The notes under the pieces are model-generated. The model was not told the origin of the DNA and ran no database searches. It saw only the letters and a list, made by a program, of their open reading frames with translations. Positions 28,803-38,029 of a DNA stretch of 64,000 nucleotides are shown here, one piece after another. This stretch comes from Bacteroidota bacterium (GTDB lineage Bacteria > Bacteroidota > Ignavibacteria > Kryptoniales > JAKASW01). A program made the translations under genes and the position numbers. The stretch is from assembly GCA_021789975.1 (NCBI GenBank), contig JAJYIT010000020.1, forward strand, positions 1,048-65,047, given 5' to 3'. Numbering within the stretch: position 1 is the first letter of the stretch; each line of letters opens with the position of its first letter.

Positions 28803-31800
28803 ATGAAGAAAAGAACGACTGCCTTGGGGCTACTAGTTCTAATTACTTTTGCATCTGTTCCAGGAACCAGCTTGCTGTTCGCACAGACTACCGGCGAATA
28901 TCGATCTAATTCACCCGTCGCAACAGGTCCCTGGAACTGGAGCAACCCGGCCGCATGGCAAACATGGAATGGAACGGCGTGGGTGGCTGCGACTGTGGCT
29001 CCCACCGGCAATGAACCGAAGATAACGATCCAATCCACGGACTCGATCTACGCAGGCGCGGTGACAATCACCGATACTCTGGTGAATCAGGGAGAATTGG
29101 TTGCGGACACTAACTCTGCGGGCCAGTCGGTACTGGCTTTCGGCAGCGGCGGAGTGTACCAGCATGCAGAGAATGGCGGCTCTATTCCCTCAGCAACATG
29201 GAACACGGGATCGACCTGCTTGGTTACCGGCGCTACATCAAGTGCACCATCAAATGCGAATCAGAACTTCTACAATTTCGCATGGGATTGTGCGGGTCAA
29301 ACGACTGGTCTCAACGTAGCCTGGAACGGAAACACGATAGGTGGAAACCTTGTTGTCTCTGTTCCTTCGAGTCAACAGTTTCGTATGTCGAACAACAATG
29401 CCAACGGCGGGAATCCGATAACTATCAAGATACTCGGTAATATCGTTGTGAATAGTGGGAAACTCACCCCGACCGGGTCAGGCAGCGCTCAAACCTACAC
29501 GATCATCGACAGCGGAAATATCTATGTCAATTCTGGTGTATTGTACGTCAGCGGAGGAAGCGGCGGAGTTGTAACATGGTACTGCTACGGAGATACGTTC
29601 TCCACGGCAGACGGCACATCGTTGCAAACCTCCAACAGCTCCTCAAAGTGGATTTTTGCTCGCAGCGTTTCGCACGCCTTTACCACAACCGGCACCGTGA
29701 AATACACGGGCGGAATGACGTTTGAAGTTGACACAAACGCAACGCTTGACCTGGGTACAAGTGTCATTGCAGGAAGCTCGGCGAAGTTTGTGCTGGACTC
29801 AGCGGCAAATCTGGTTACTGCTCAGGCCGGCGGCCTCAACGGTAATCTCACAAATGCCGGAGGGAACACTTTCAGCCCTTACGCCAATTATGTCTTCAAC
29901 GGTACCGCGGCACAGGTGACCGGTGCTCTACTGCCGGCGGAAGTGAATGGCCTTACTGTCAACAACCCAGCTGGCCTGACATTGAGTGGATCCGTAAGTG
30001 TCGCTGATACTCTAAATCTTGTAAGCGGTCAACTGATCCTCGACACCAACCATGTCATGGCGACCACTCTCGTCGGCGGTTCATCCGCGAATTATCTAGT
30101 CACAGACAGCACCGGAAGCTATTTAGGAATCCCAAACGTCGGAACGACGAAGGTTCTTTTCCCGGTCGGAACGACTGCGGAAGGATATTCTCCGGTGTGG
30201 GTAACTAATACCGGAACGGCAGATACTTTCTCAGTTTCTGCCATGGCTGATTCTTCAGTCCCTGCAGGTGTCGGACGAGTTAACGTAAAGTGGAATGTCT
30301 TGGAGAGCCACCCTGGCGACGCAGTCTCTACACTGGCGTTCGGCTGGATGGCAGCAGCGGAGAATCCTGCATTCGCATCCGATCCTTCCGCATACGCGCA
30401 GATTTACAGCTTGAGTCCATACTACAAGCAAGTTGGTTTGGGCGCCTACAGCAGCCAATTTACAACTGAACCTTACACGCTTTCACGAATTGGAATTGCG
30501 ACGCTGGGAGAGTTCGGCGTCGGAAAATTTGTCCTGAACGTGACTCCGCAGATTGGAGACTTCGGCTCGGTTCAGAGCGGCCCGTGGAGTTCGCTCTCTG
30601 TTTGGAAACAATGGGACGGTAAAGGCTGGAACACGACACCTGTTGCAGTTCCTGACGGCGAAGTGAACGTGTTCATTAACAGAGGCGACACGGTTACGGT
30701 TGACGCGGTTGACTCAGTAGGCGGCAGTCTTCTCGTCGACGGCTATTTGAAAGATGTTGCGGGCCTCAAAGCAAGTGGCGCCAATGTGGTGTTTGATAGC
30801 GCCAGTGTTTACGAGCTCGCTCATAATGGCGGCGGCGTGGCAGGAATACCGACCGCGACGTGGAAAACCGGCTCCACTTGTCTGATTACCGGTGAGGCGG
30901 GGAAAATTTCCTCCACGACCGGTTTCAACGCAAACCAGGATTTTTATAATCTTGTGATTGATGCTGCTTTCTCTTCGAATAAAGACCTGGCGATGTATGA
31001 TAACACCATCAACGGCAATCTGGCTGTGAACAACACAGGAAGCGCCCGTGTTTATCTGACAAGTCCGGGCGCGGGGACGCCTAACACGATCACTATCAAG
31101 GGTAGCATTCTTTTGACAGCCGGCCAGTTCGCATCGAATGGATCGGGGAGTCCCGCAGACATAACCGTCAATAGCTACGGCAACATCACGGCAACCGGCG
31201 GCAACTTCAGCTTGTCAAGAGGATCCGGCCCAATTGTACTCTGGAATTTCTACGCGGATTCACTGACTCTATCGAATGCCACAACACAGGTATCCGGAAC
31301 GAACGATGTGCTGGTCTTTAAGAAACCCTTAGGCCCGTCCGGCAAGCCTCAATCCGGGTACCAGTATCTAACTTTCCAGAACGTTTCATACAGCGGCGGC
31401 GGACTTCCGATTGAAGTCGATACCGGTGCAACACTAGTTATGGACACGAGTTCTATCGGAGGAAGCGGAAACTTTACCGCCGATTCCGGCTCGACAATCA
31501 TGACGGGGAACTTCCTCGGTTTGAATGGAAGCATTACAACTTCAGGAACGGTAACTTTGAATCCTGGAGCCTCGTTTGTTTTCAACGGCACCGTTCATCA
31601 GATAACGGGCTCAATGCTTCCGGGCGCCGTAAAGAATCTCACGGTAGATAATTCAAAGGACGTATCTCTATCAAAGAGCACAGATGTCACCGGAACGTTG
31701 ACCATGACTAACGGCAACCTCGTTCTCGATACAAATAACGTCGTTGCTGCAGCGGTGTCCGGAGGTTCTCCGACCAGCTATGTCGCAACTGATTCCACCG

Positions 31801-32552
31801 GCAACTTGACGGTACCAAGTGTCGGCGCCACTCAGGTTGTCTTCCCTGTTGGTACAGATTATGGATACGCCCCTGCGTGGGTAACTCTCCCTACCGGCTC
31901 CGATCGCATTTCCGTTTCTGTGAAGCCGGACAGCACGGCGACTACGAACGGAATGGGCCGAGTAAACGTGAGATGGCAAATCCAGAAGACTAATTATACG
32001 ATCCCGTTCACGCTTCAACTCGGCTGGATGGCGTCGGAGGAGGATTCTGTGTTTGCTGAAAACCGTCCCGCCTATTCACAGATATACCTTGTTTCGAGCG
32101 ATACTGTTGTTGAGCAGGGTACCGGGAATTATACAACCCAGTCTACGACTCAACCCTACACAGTTTCTCGAAGCGGAATAACTGCTGAGTTTGGTACCGG
32201 ACCACAGGGAGTTCCTGCATTCGGTACTAATTTTGTCGTTGGTCATTTTACCCTCACCGGGATTGACGGGCCAGCCCAAGTTCCGGTCGAGTTCAAGCTG
32301 TATCAGAACTATCCGAATCCGTTTAACCCGACGACCAGGATACAGTTTACTGTCGCGAAAACCGGGATGGCCTCGCTGGAAGTCTACAACGTCCTGGGCC
32401 AACGCGTAGCGACTCTGTTCTCCGGAAATGCTTTACCCGGTCACTTGTATGCGGTTGACTTCAACGGGAGTGCGTACGCTTCAGGAGTCTACTTCAGCGT
32501 TCTGCAGAGCAGCAGCGAGCGCCAGGTAAAGAAGATCGTTTTAATGAAGTAG
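28803..32552 (+). CDS. Large secreted beta-helix-like protein of unknown function, internally duplicated, with T9SS C-terminal sorting domain
   Basis: 1249 aa. RBS GAAGGAGG. Signal peptide MKKRTTALGLLVLITFASVPGTSLLFAQ. Two homologous halves of about 580 aa. C-terminus LYQNYPNPFNPTTRIQF...VYNVLGQRVATLF...SGVYFSV...KKIVLMK is a T9SS type-A CTD pattern. Confidence 0.85.
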   Translation: MKKRTTALGLLVLITFASVPGTSLLFAQTTGEYRSNSPVATGPWNWSNPAAWQTWNGTAWVAATVAPTGNEPKITIQSTDSIYAGAVTITDTLVNQGELVADTNSAGQSVLAFGSGGVYQHAENGGSIPSATWNTGSTCLVTGATSSAPSNANQNFYNFAWDCAGQTTGLNVAWNGNTIGGNLVVSVPSSQQFRMSNNNANGGNPITIKILGNIVVNSGKLTPTGSGSAQTYTIIDSGNIYVNSGVLYVSGGSGGVVTWYCYGDTFSTADGTSLQTSNSSSKWIFARSVSHAFTTTGTVKYTGGMTFEVDTNATLDLGTSVIAGSSAKFVLDSAANLVTAQAGGLNGNLTNAGGNTFSPYANYVFNGTAAQVTGALLPAEVNGLTVNNPAGLTLSGSVSVADTLNLVSGQLILDTNHVMATTLVGGSSANYLVTDSTGSYLGIPNVGTTKVLFPVGTTAEGYSPVWVTNTGTADTFSVSAMADSSVPAGVGRVNVKWNVLESHPGDAVSTLAFGWMAAAENPAFASDPSAYAQIYSLSPYYKQVGLGAYSSQFTTEPYTLSRIGIATLGEFGVGKFVLNVTPQIGDFGSVQSGPWSSLSVWKQWDGKGWNTTPVAVPDGEVNVFINRGDTVTVDAVDSVGGSLLVDGYLKDVAGLKASGANVVFDSASVYELAHNGGGVAGIPTATWKTGSTCLITGEAGKISSTTGFNANQDFYNLVIDAAFSSNKDLAMYDNTINGNLAVNNTGSARVYLTSPGAGTPNTITIKGSILLTAGQFASNGSGSPADITVNSYGNITATGGNFSLSRGSGPIVLWNFYADSLTLSNATTQVSGTNDVLVFKKPLGPSGKPQSGYQYLTFQNVSYSGGGLPIEVDTGATLVMDTSSIGGSGNFTADSGSTIMTGNFLGLNGSITTSGTVTLNPGASFVFNGTVHQITGSMLPGAVKNLTVDNSKDVSLSKSTDVTGTLTMTNGNLVLDTNNVVAAAVSGGSPTSYVATDSTGNLTVPSVGATQVVFPVGTDYGYAPAWVTLPTGSDRISVSVKPDSTATTNGMGRVNVRWQIQKTNYTIPFTLQLGWMASEEDSVFAENRPAYSQIYLVSSDTVVEQGTGNYTTQSTTQPYTVSRSGITAEFGTGPQGVPAFGTNFVVGHFTLTGIDGPAQVPVEFKLYQNYPNPFNPTTRIQFTVAKTGMASLEVYNVLGQRVATLFSGNALPGHLYAVDFNGSAYASGVYFSVLQSSSERQVKKIVLMK
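28890..32295 (+). repeat. Intragenic tandem duplication (2 x ~580 aa) within the 1249-aa protein
   Basis: Half A (about 28890..30549) and half B (about 30552..32295) align end to end. Examples: TGPWNWSNPAAWQTWNGTAW vs SGPWSSLSVWKQWDGKGW; SIPSATWNTGSTCLVTG vs GIPTATWKTGSTCLITG; FEVDTNATLDLGTSVI vs IEVDTGATLVMDTSSI; RVNVKWNV vs RVNVRWQI. Confidence 0.85.
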
Positions 32553-32574
32553 CATGTAAGCATCAATAACGATT

Positions 32575-32598
32575 GCGGCTCACCTTCGGGTGAGTCGC
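32575..32598 (+). other. Stable UUCG-tetraloop hairpin between cargo genes
   Basis: GCGGCTCACC-TTCG-GGTGAGTCGC (one mismatch), with no T-run after it. Likely an intercistronic RNA-stability or processing element rather than a terminator. Confidence 0.4.
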
Positions 32599-32625
32599 AA
32601 CTTGAAAGGAGGTACGTAGAGGATC

Positions 32626-34518
32626 ATGGTACAAACAAAATCTTTCGGCAGGCTTCTGTCCTCGGTTTCATCTGGGCGGGGTTCGTCAATCGCTGCGCTG
32701 AGTCTCGCGATTTGTTTCTTCCTCGGATACAATTCTGCGAGGGCACAGTACACAACTAATGGGACTGGTGGTGGATCATGGACTTCGGGTTCCACATGGC
32801 AGGGAGGCCAGGTGCCTCCGGCAGGAAGCGACGTGACGATAGCCTCAAATGACTCGGTCTGGACCAGCCTTTCTGCCCAAACCGGCTGCGGCGCCCTCGA
32901 CATCCAGTCCGGTGCTAAGCTCAATGTGCTCGGTCAAGGAATTGCAATGACGGGTGCATTCAGTGTAGGAGCAGGTGCAGTTTACATCAACAACACCGAC
33001 TCCGCTAAAGCATGGCCTGCAGGTGCGACAGGATACACAATTGACCCGACAAGCACTTTTATCCTCGGTCCTAGCGGCAATCCTACTTTGGGTTGGAGCC
33101 AGTCGGACTCCACTTTTGGAAATGTAATTATCGAGCCGAACAGCAATTCGAGTGGGCCGGCCTGCGGTGCCAATCTGACAATCCAGGGAAATCTGACGGT
33201 TGCCGTTGGGCAAGGCAATTACTTTAGAGGGATTGCTGTTAGCACAGCCGCCAGTGCCGGAGTTACCAGCTTCATTCACCACATCCTGGGGAACGTTACG
33301 GTTATCAGCGGCAACTGGGCTGCGGTCGACATGGGCGTTAGTGCTACTGTTCCACTGTACTGTACTTGGAACGTTGATGGGAATGTCACTGTCGGAGATC
33401 CCTCCACTGCGGCGCAAATAGCAAGGTTCTCTCCCATAACAAGCGAAGACGACATCGGTGCCCGCGGGACTTTCAACATAAAGGGCAATCTATCTTTCAT
33501 TAATGGTGGTCGCCTTGCTGCCGGGAGTAACTCAGGAAGCAACCAAAGTGCATCTCAGTATGCAACGGTGAATATTCAAGGCAATCTTTCCTTCGACAAT
33601 ACCGCCAAGTTTGGCGTGAACTCGATGGGTAATTTCGATATCAATTTCACAGGCACTAAGCCGCAGACTGTTACGCTCGGGACCAACGTCTCCTTCTCAC
33701 ATTCAGGTCCCCCGCAGTGTTCCGTATGGGACACAATTGCCGCGGGTGCCAACGTGACAATTACCGGCGGGCATTATTGGAGATCGGAGCAGACGCTGGC
33801 GCCTAACGGCACTGGAGCTTTTGTCGTCAACGGCACACTTAACATTGACGCACAAGACACAATCAAAGGAAGCCAGAAGTTCATTGTGAGTCCGGGCGGC
33901 ACGCTCGGCATCGGAGCCACTGACGGCATCACGGCTTCGACCGATGCAAACCCTTACACCGGCAACATTCAGGTCGACTCTGCCCGTGTCTTCAGCAGCG
34001 AAGCCAACTATGTGTACGACGGTACAAGCGCTCAGAAGACTGGAAGCGGGTTGCCGACGACCGTTAACGATCTGACGATTGAGGATACAGCCGGCGTAAT
34101 GCTAACTCAGGCAACAACGATAAACGGTACGCTCGCTTTGAAAGCCGGAGTGTTCGATAATACAATACCTTTCGCACTTGGGCCCGGCGGAAAAATTTCC
34201 TATGAAGGCGGCTCTTTACTGACTGGTGTGAAGAGAAAGGATGTGCTTGTGCCTCAACAATTTTACATGGACCAAAACTATCCGAACCCATTCAACCCGT
34301 CAACAACGATTGAATTCGGAGTGCCGAGCAGATCATTCGTGACGGTGAAGGTGTACAACGTCCTTGGGCAGAAAGTTGCCACATTGTTTAGCGGCGAGCA
34401 GAATGCCGGCGTATACACAGTAGACTTCAATGGAGCTAATTTCAGTTCCGGCGTCTATTTCTATCGAATCCAGGCAGGAAACTGGAGCAAGACGAAGCGT
34501 ATGGTAATGGTAAAATAA
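32626..34518 (+). CDS. Secreted beta-helix-like protein of unknown function with T9SS C-terminal sorting domain
   Basis: 630 aa. Signal-like IAALSLAICFFLGYNSARAQ. N-terminal TNGTGGGSWTSGSTWQGGQVPPAGSDVTIA motif. G/N/T-rich repeats. CTD DQNYPNPFNPSTTIEF...VYNVLGQKVATLF...SGVYFYRIQAGNWSKTKRMVMVK. Confidence 0.8.
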   Translation: MVQTKSFGRLLSSVSSGRGSSIAALSLAICFFLGYNSARAQYTTNGTGGGSWTSGSTWQGGQVPPAGSDVTIASNDSVWTSLSAQTGCGALDIQSGAKLNVLGQGIAMTGAFSVGAGAVYINNTDSAKAWPAGATGYTIDPTSTFILGPSGNPTLGWSQSDSTFGNVIIEPNSNSSGPACGANLTIQGNLTVAVGQGNYFRGIAVSTAASAGVTSFIHHILGNVTVISGNWAAVDMGVSATVPLYCTWNVDGNVTVGDPSTAAQIARFSPITSEDDIGARGTFNIKGNLSFINGGRLAAGSNSGSNQSASQYATVNIQGNLSFDNTAKFGVNSMGNFDINFTGTKPQTVTLGTNVSFSHSGPPQCSVWDTIAAGANVTITGGHYWRSEQTLAPNGTGAFVVNGTLNIDAQDTIKGSQKFIVSPGGTLGIGATDGITASTDANPYTGNIQVDSARVFSSEANYVYDGTSAQKTGSGLPTTVNDLTIEDTAGVMLTQATTINGTLALKAGVFDNTIPFALGPGGKISYEGGSLLTGVKRKDVLVPQQFYMDQNYPNPFNPSTTIEFGVPSRSFVTVKVYNVLGQKVATLFSGEQNAGVYTVDFNGANFSSGVYFYRIQAGNWSKTKRMVMVK

Positions 34519-34526
34519 CTTTATAC

Positions 34527-34556
34527 GGTAGGCGACGGTAACTAACCTCGCCTACC
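34527..34556 (+). other. Intercistronic hairpin
   Basis: GGTAGGCGA (34527..34535) pairs with TCGCCTACC (34548..34556), with a 12-nt loop and no T-run. Confidence 0.4.
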
Positions 34557-34608
34557 ATCTCTCTGCGGAGCCGCGTCCCAGTTTCTCCAACAATCGGAAA
34601 ATTGAAAT

Positions 34609-37095
34609 ATGTTAAAATACGTCGGTTTTTTTTTACTGCTTAGTTTGACTCCAGTTTACCTATTTGCACAGACCGCGGGATTTGTCGGCGACGGTGTTAC
34701 AGATAATACTACGGCAATTCAGGCGGCGATCGACAGTTGCAGCAATGCGGGCGGTGGTGTAGTTGAATTTGCAAAGGGCATTTTTCTCACCGGTCCTATA
34801 ACACTTGAGAGCAATGTCACCCTGAGGATTGACAGCTCGGCCACGCTACTTGGGAGTTCAAATATGAAGGCGTACTACCCGGTGGGTTACGACACGTCTT
34901 ATCCGGTGCCGAGCAAGCTTCAGCCTCTGATCACATCTAACAGAGCCGACAGTTTGACGATCACAGGAGGCGGGACGATTGATGGCAATGGCCAGGAATG
35001 GTGGACCGCGTATGAGAACGGGACTATTTCAACCAGGCCCAGGCTGATTCAGCTAAGTCATTCTCAATATATTTCAATAGAGAATGTAACCCTGCAAAAC
35101 TCACCGCAATTCCATGTATCACTTCAGTATTGTTGGTATGTGAACATTCGCAACGTGAATATCTTCGCACCACCCAGCTCTCCAAACACCGACGGCATCG
35201 ATCCTGCAACGAGTCATTTTGTTTACATAACGGGTTGCCACATCAATACCGGCGACGACAACATTGCAATAAAGTCCGGTAATTATGATTCGTCTAATCC
35301 GAATGCAGGATCGTCGAACATTTTCATTTGGAACAACACCCTTATACACGGCCACGGGATCTCGATCGGAAGCGAGACAAATGGCGGTGTGGACAGCATG
35401 TTTGTCTGGGACTGTACATTCGACAGCACAGACAACGGTCTGAGAATAAAGTCTTATCGTGGAGCAGGCGGAAACGTCAGGCACGTGAGTTATCGCAACA
35501 TTACGATGAATCACGTCAAGCACCCGATTTGGTTCACTGAATACTATCCGAATATTCCTTCGCAATCGGATCCAGCGCAGAAGATTACTGCTGTGACTCC
35601 ATACTTCCACGACGTTACAATAGACAGCCTTGTGTCAGACTCAGGCGGTACTTCATATCCCGGATCTGCCATCGTAGGATTGCCTGAAACGCCGATGAGA
35701 GATATCGTTCTCAAGAATGTCAACATCGGGGGTAAGTACGGCGTTGAAGTGAGGAATGCGAGTGTTTATACCAGCAACACTTCCGTAAGTGTCACAAGTG
35801 GCTCGCAGATAATATATGAAATCAGGGGATCGTTCAGTCCCGCGATTTTTACGAACGGTACGGGTGGAGGGAACTGGGATTCGCCGTCGACCTGGGAAGG
35901 CGGTGCGGTTCCGGACTCCACGAAATACGCAGTCATCCTATGCGGAGACTCGGTAACCGTTGGAGCCGGGCAGTCGACGAAATGCGGCAGCCTTGCCATA
36001 TTTGCAGACGCGGTATTGAATGACGCGGCTCCGCTATCGGTTCCCGATACACTGACAATCGGTGACACGGCTTCCTACTACAATGCCTGCCCGGGCAGCC
36101 CTTCCTTCCCGCGTGCATCGGTCTACGGCATCAGCAATTTGAGCAATTACATTCACACCGCGAGCGCCGATAGCATTCTCGGAGGGCCGGGATATGATTC
36201 AACTTTCGGCAACCTGACTATCGAGCAGGATACCACCGTAGCCAGTTCAAACCTCATAGTCAACGGAAATCTAAATCTTGTCGGTGACAAGCTTTTTATC
36301 GGGCACAATAATATCATTGCGGCAGATGTCAACGGAGGATCCTCCACCAGCTATGTTGTCACCGATAGCGGCGGCGCCCTAAGAATTCCCGGTGTCGGGG
36401 CAACGCAAACGATTTTCCCGGTGGGTACTTCACTTGGATATTCTCCGGTTTGGATCGCGAGTTCGACTTCGCCGGATACTTTCACAGTTTCAGCGGAGAC
36501 GGACACCGATTTGCTTGTCGAAAACAGCGGACGCGTGAATACAAAATGGAATATTTCGAAATCTACGCCGGGAAGCGTCAGTTGCACCTTGAAGTTCGGA
36601 TGGGTGGCTGAAGCTGAAGACGCTGGATTTGCCGCCGACCGCTCCGGCGATGCAAAGATTTTCAATATTAACGATTCCATTGCCACCGCGGAGGCCGGAA
36701 CGGGAAGCTACACCACTCAACTTACATCTGAGCCGTACACAGTCTCGCGCGGAGGGATAACCGCACTCGGTTCTTTCGGTGTCGGGAATTTCACTGTAAC
36801 ATCGGTCGAAGGTCATGGTGCCACGAACCCGACGAGCTTCGGGCTCTACCAGAATTATCCGAACCCGTTCAACCCGTCCACGGTTATCGATTATCAGGTC
36901 GCCTCTTCAGCCCGGGTCACCCTGCGCGTCTTCGATGTCCTTGGCAGGGAAGTAGAGTCACTCGTTGATCAGCGAGAGACTCCGGGTAACTATTCCGTCA
37001 GTTTCGATGGAAGCCGTCTTCCGTCCGGTGTCTATTTTTACAGACTCACTGCGGGAAGCTTCTCCGCCGTGAGGAAGATGATAATTATAAGGTAG
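34609..37095 (+). CDS. GH28 polygalacturonase fused to an uncharacterised module and a T9SS C-terminal sorting domain
   Basis: 828 aa. Signal peptide present. GH28 catalytic motifs NTDGIDP, GDDNIAIKSG, GHGISIGSE, LRIKSYRGAGG. These are followed by TNGTGGGNWDSPSTWEGGAVP, the ~174-aa shared module (36271..36792), and the CTD LYQNYPNPFNPSTVIDY...VFDVLGREVESL...SGVYFYRLTAGSFSAVRKMIIIR. Confidence 0.9.
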   Translation: MLKYVGFFLLLSLTPVYLFAQTAGFVGDGVTDNTTAIQAAIDSCSNAGGGVVEFAKGIFLTGPITLESNVTLRIDSSATLLGSSNMKAYYPVGYDTSYPVPSKLQPLITSNRADSLTITGGGTIDGNGQEWWTAYENGTISTRPRLIQLSHSQYISIENVTLQNSPQFHVSLQYCWYVNIRNVNIFAPPSSPNTDGIDPATSHFVYITGCHINTGDDNIAIKSGNYDSSNPNAGSSNIFIWNNTLIHGHGISIGSETNGGVDSMFVWDCTFDSTDNGLRIKSYRGAGGNVRHVSYRNITMNHVKHPIWFTEYYPNIPSQSDPAQKITAVTPYFHDVTIDSLVSDSGGTSYPGSAIVGLPETPMRDIVLKNVNIGGKYGVEVRNASVYTSNTSVSVTSGSQIIYEIRGSFSPAIFTNGTGGGNWDSPSTWEGGAVPDSTKYAVILCGDSVTVGAGQSTKCGSLAIFADAVLNDAAPLSVPDTLTIGDTASYYNACPGSPSFPRASVYGISNLSNYIHTASADSILGGPGYDSTFGNLTIEQDTTVASSNLIVNGNLNLVGDKLFIGHNNIIAADVNGGSSTSYVVTDSGGALRIPGVGATQTIFPVGTSLGYSPVWIASSTSPDTFTVSAETDTDLLVENSGRVNTKWNISKSTPGSVSCTLKFGWVAEAEDAGFAADRSGDAKIFNINDSIATAEAGTGSYTTQLTSEPYTVSRGGITALGSFGVGNFTVTSVEGHGATNPTSFGLYQNYPNPFNPSTVIDYQVASSARVTLRVFDVLGREVESLVDQRETPGNYSVSFDGSRLPSGVYFYRLTAGSFSAVRKMIIIR

Positions 37096-37120
37096 GGTCG
37101 ATTTTCGCCTATAAGGTTTG

Positions 37121-37783
37121 ATGAACCGACGTGCTTCGACGACATGGTTCGCCGCAGTGTTGTCTGCGGCCTTGACGATGGGTCCTGCCATGATAAAAAC
37201 CATAACGAAGACTGAAGTGATTTGCTTTGGTGATTCTATAACTCACGGTGCTAAGGTTAACGGTCACAGCTGGGTTTACTTCCTCGCGGAGTCGCACTAT
37301 GATATACGATTTATCAACGAGGGGCGCAACGGCAGAAAGACATCCGACAGGGAAGAAATCTTGCCCATCCTGAAAAAATATCCCGATGCCCGTGCCATCA
37401 TGATCTTTCTCGGCGTAAACGATCTAAAAGACGGAAATGACAGCATGGTCTCTATCTGTGTTCGGAACGTTGATTGGATGATCAAGACTGTTCGCGCAGC
37501 TAATCCCGATATGAAGATAGTGGTACTGTCTCCCTGCGAGATAGATTTGGCTGCCATGTCGAGGACTAATATCAGGAAGAAGTACAATCAAAACACTTTG
37601 CGCTCATTGAATACTCTTGATAGACGCTACAAAGCGCTTGCGATGAAAGACTCCGTTGATTTTGTGTCTTTGCTTCACGCAGTGTCGGCCGGGAATTATG
37701 TTGACGGCCTCCATCCGAATTTGCCGGGACAGCAACAGATCGCGAAAATGGTCTGGTCCAAGGTAGGAAAACTATTCAACTAA
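37121..37783 (+). CDS. SGNH/GDSL hydrolase (candidate rhamnogalacturonan/pectin acetylesterase)
   Basis: Block I VICFGDSITHG, block III LGVNDL, block V DGLHPN. Signal-like N-terminus. Sits in a pectin context. Confidence 0.8.
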   Translation: MNRRASTTWFAAVLSAALTMGPAMIKTITKTEVICFGDSITHGAKVNGHSWVYFLAESHYDIRFINEGRNGRKTSDREEILPILKKYPDARAIMIFLGVNDLKDGNDSMVSICVRNVDWMIKTVRAANPDMKIVVLSPCEIDLAAMSRTNIRKKYNQNTLRSLNTLDRRYKALAMKDSVDFVSLLHAVSAGNYVDGLHPNLPGQQQIAKMVWSKVGKLFN

Positions 37784-38029
37784 GGGACTGGGATAAGATG
37801 GGATCCGGGGACGCTTCGAAAGTTCATCACGCTTTTCTTTATCGGTTAAGTCGCACCCAATTGAAAAACTATAAAGCAGGTACCTTTAGTACTGGTGAAA
37901 ATTTCGTATCCCGGCAGAACACAGAAGTCCCTTCAAACTCATGAAAGCAAGACCAGCTGAGCATACGGTTCTTTTGCTCGGGCAATTTATGAAACCCAAA
38001 GTACAATAGATGAAGGAGGCGATATACAG

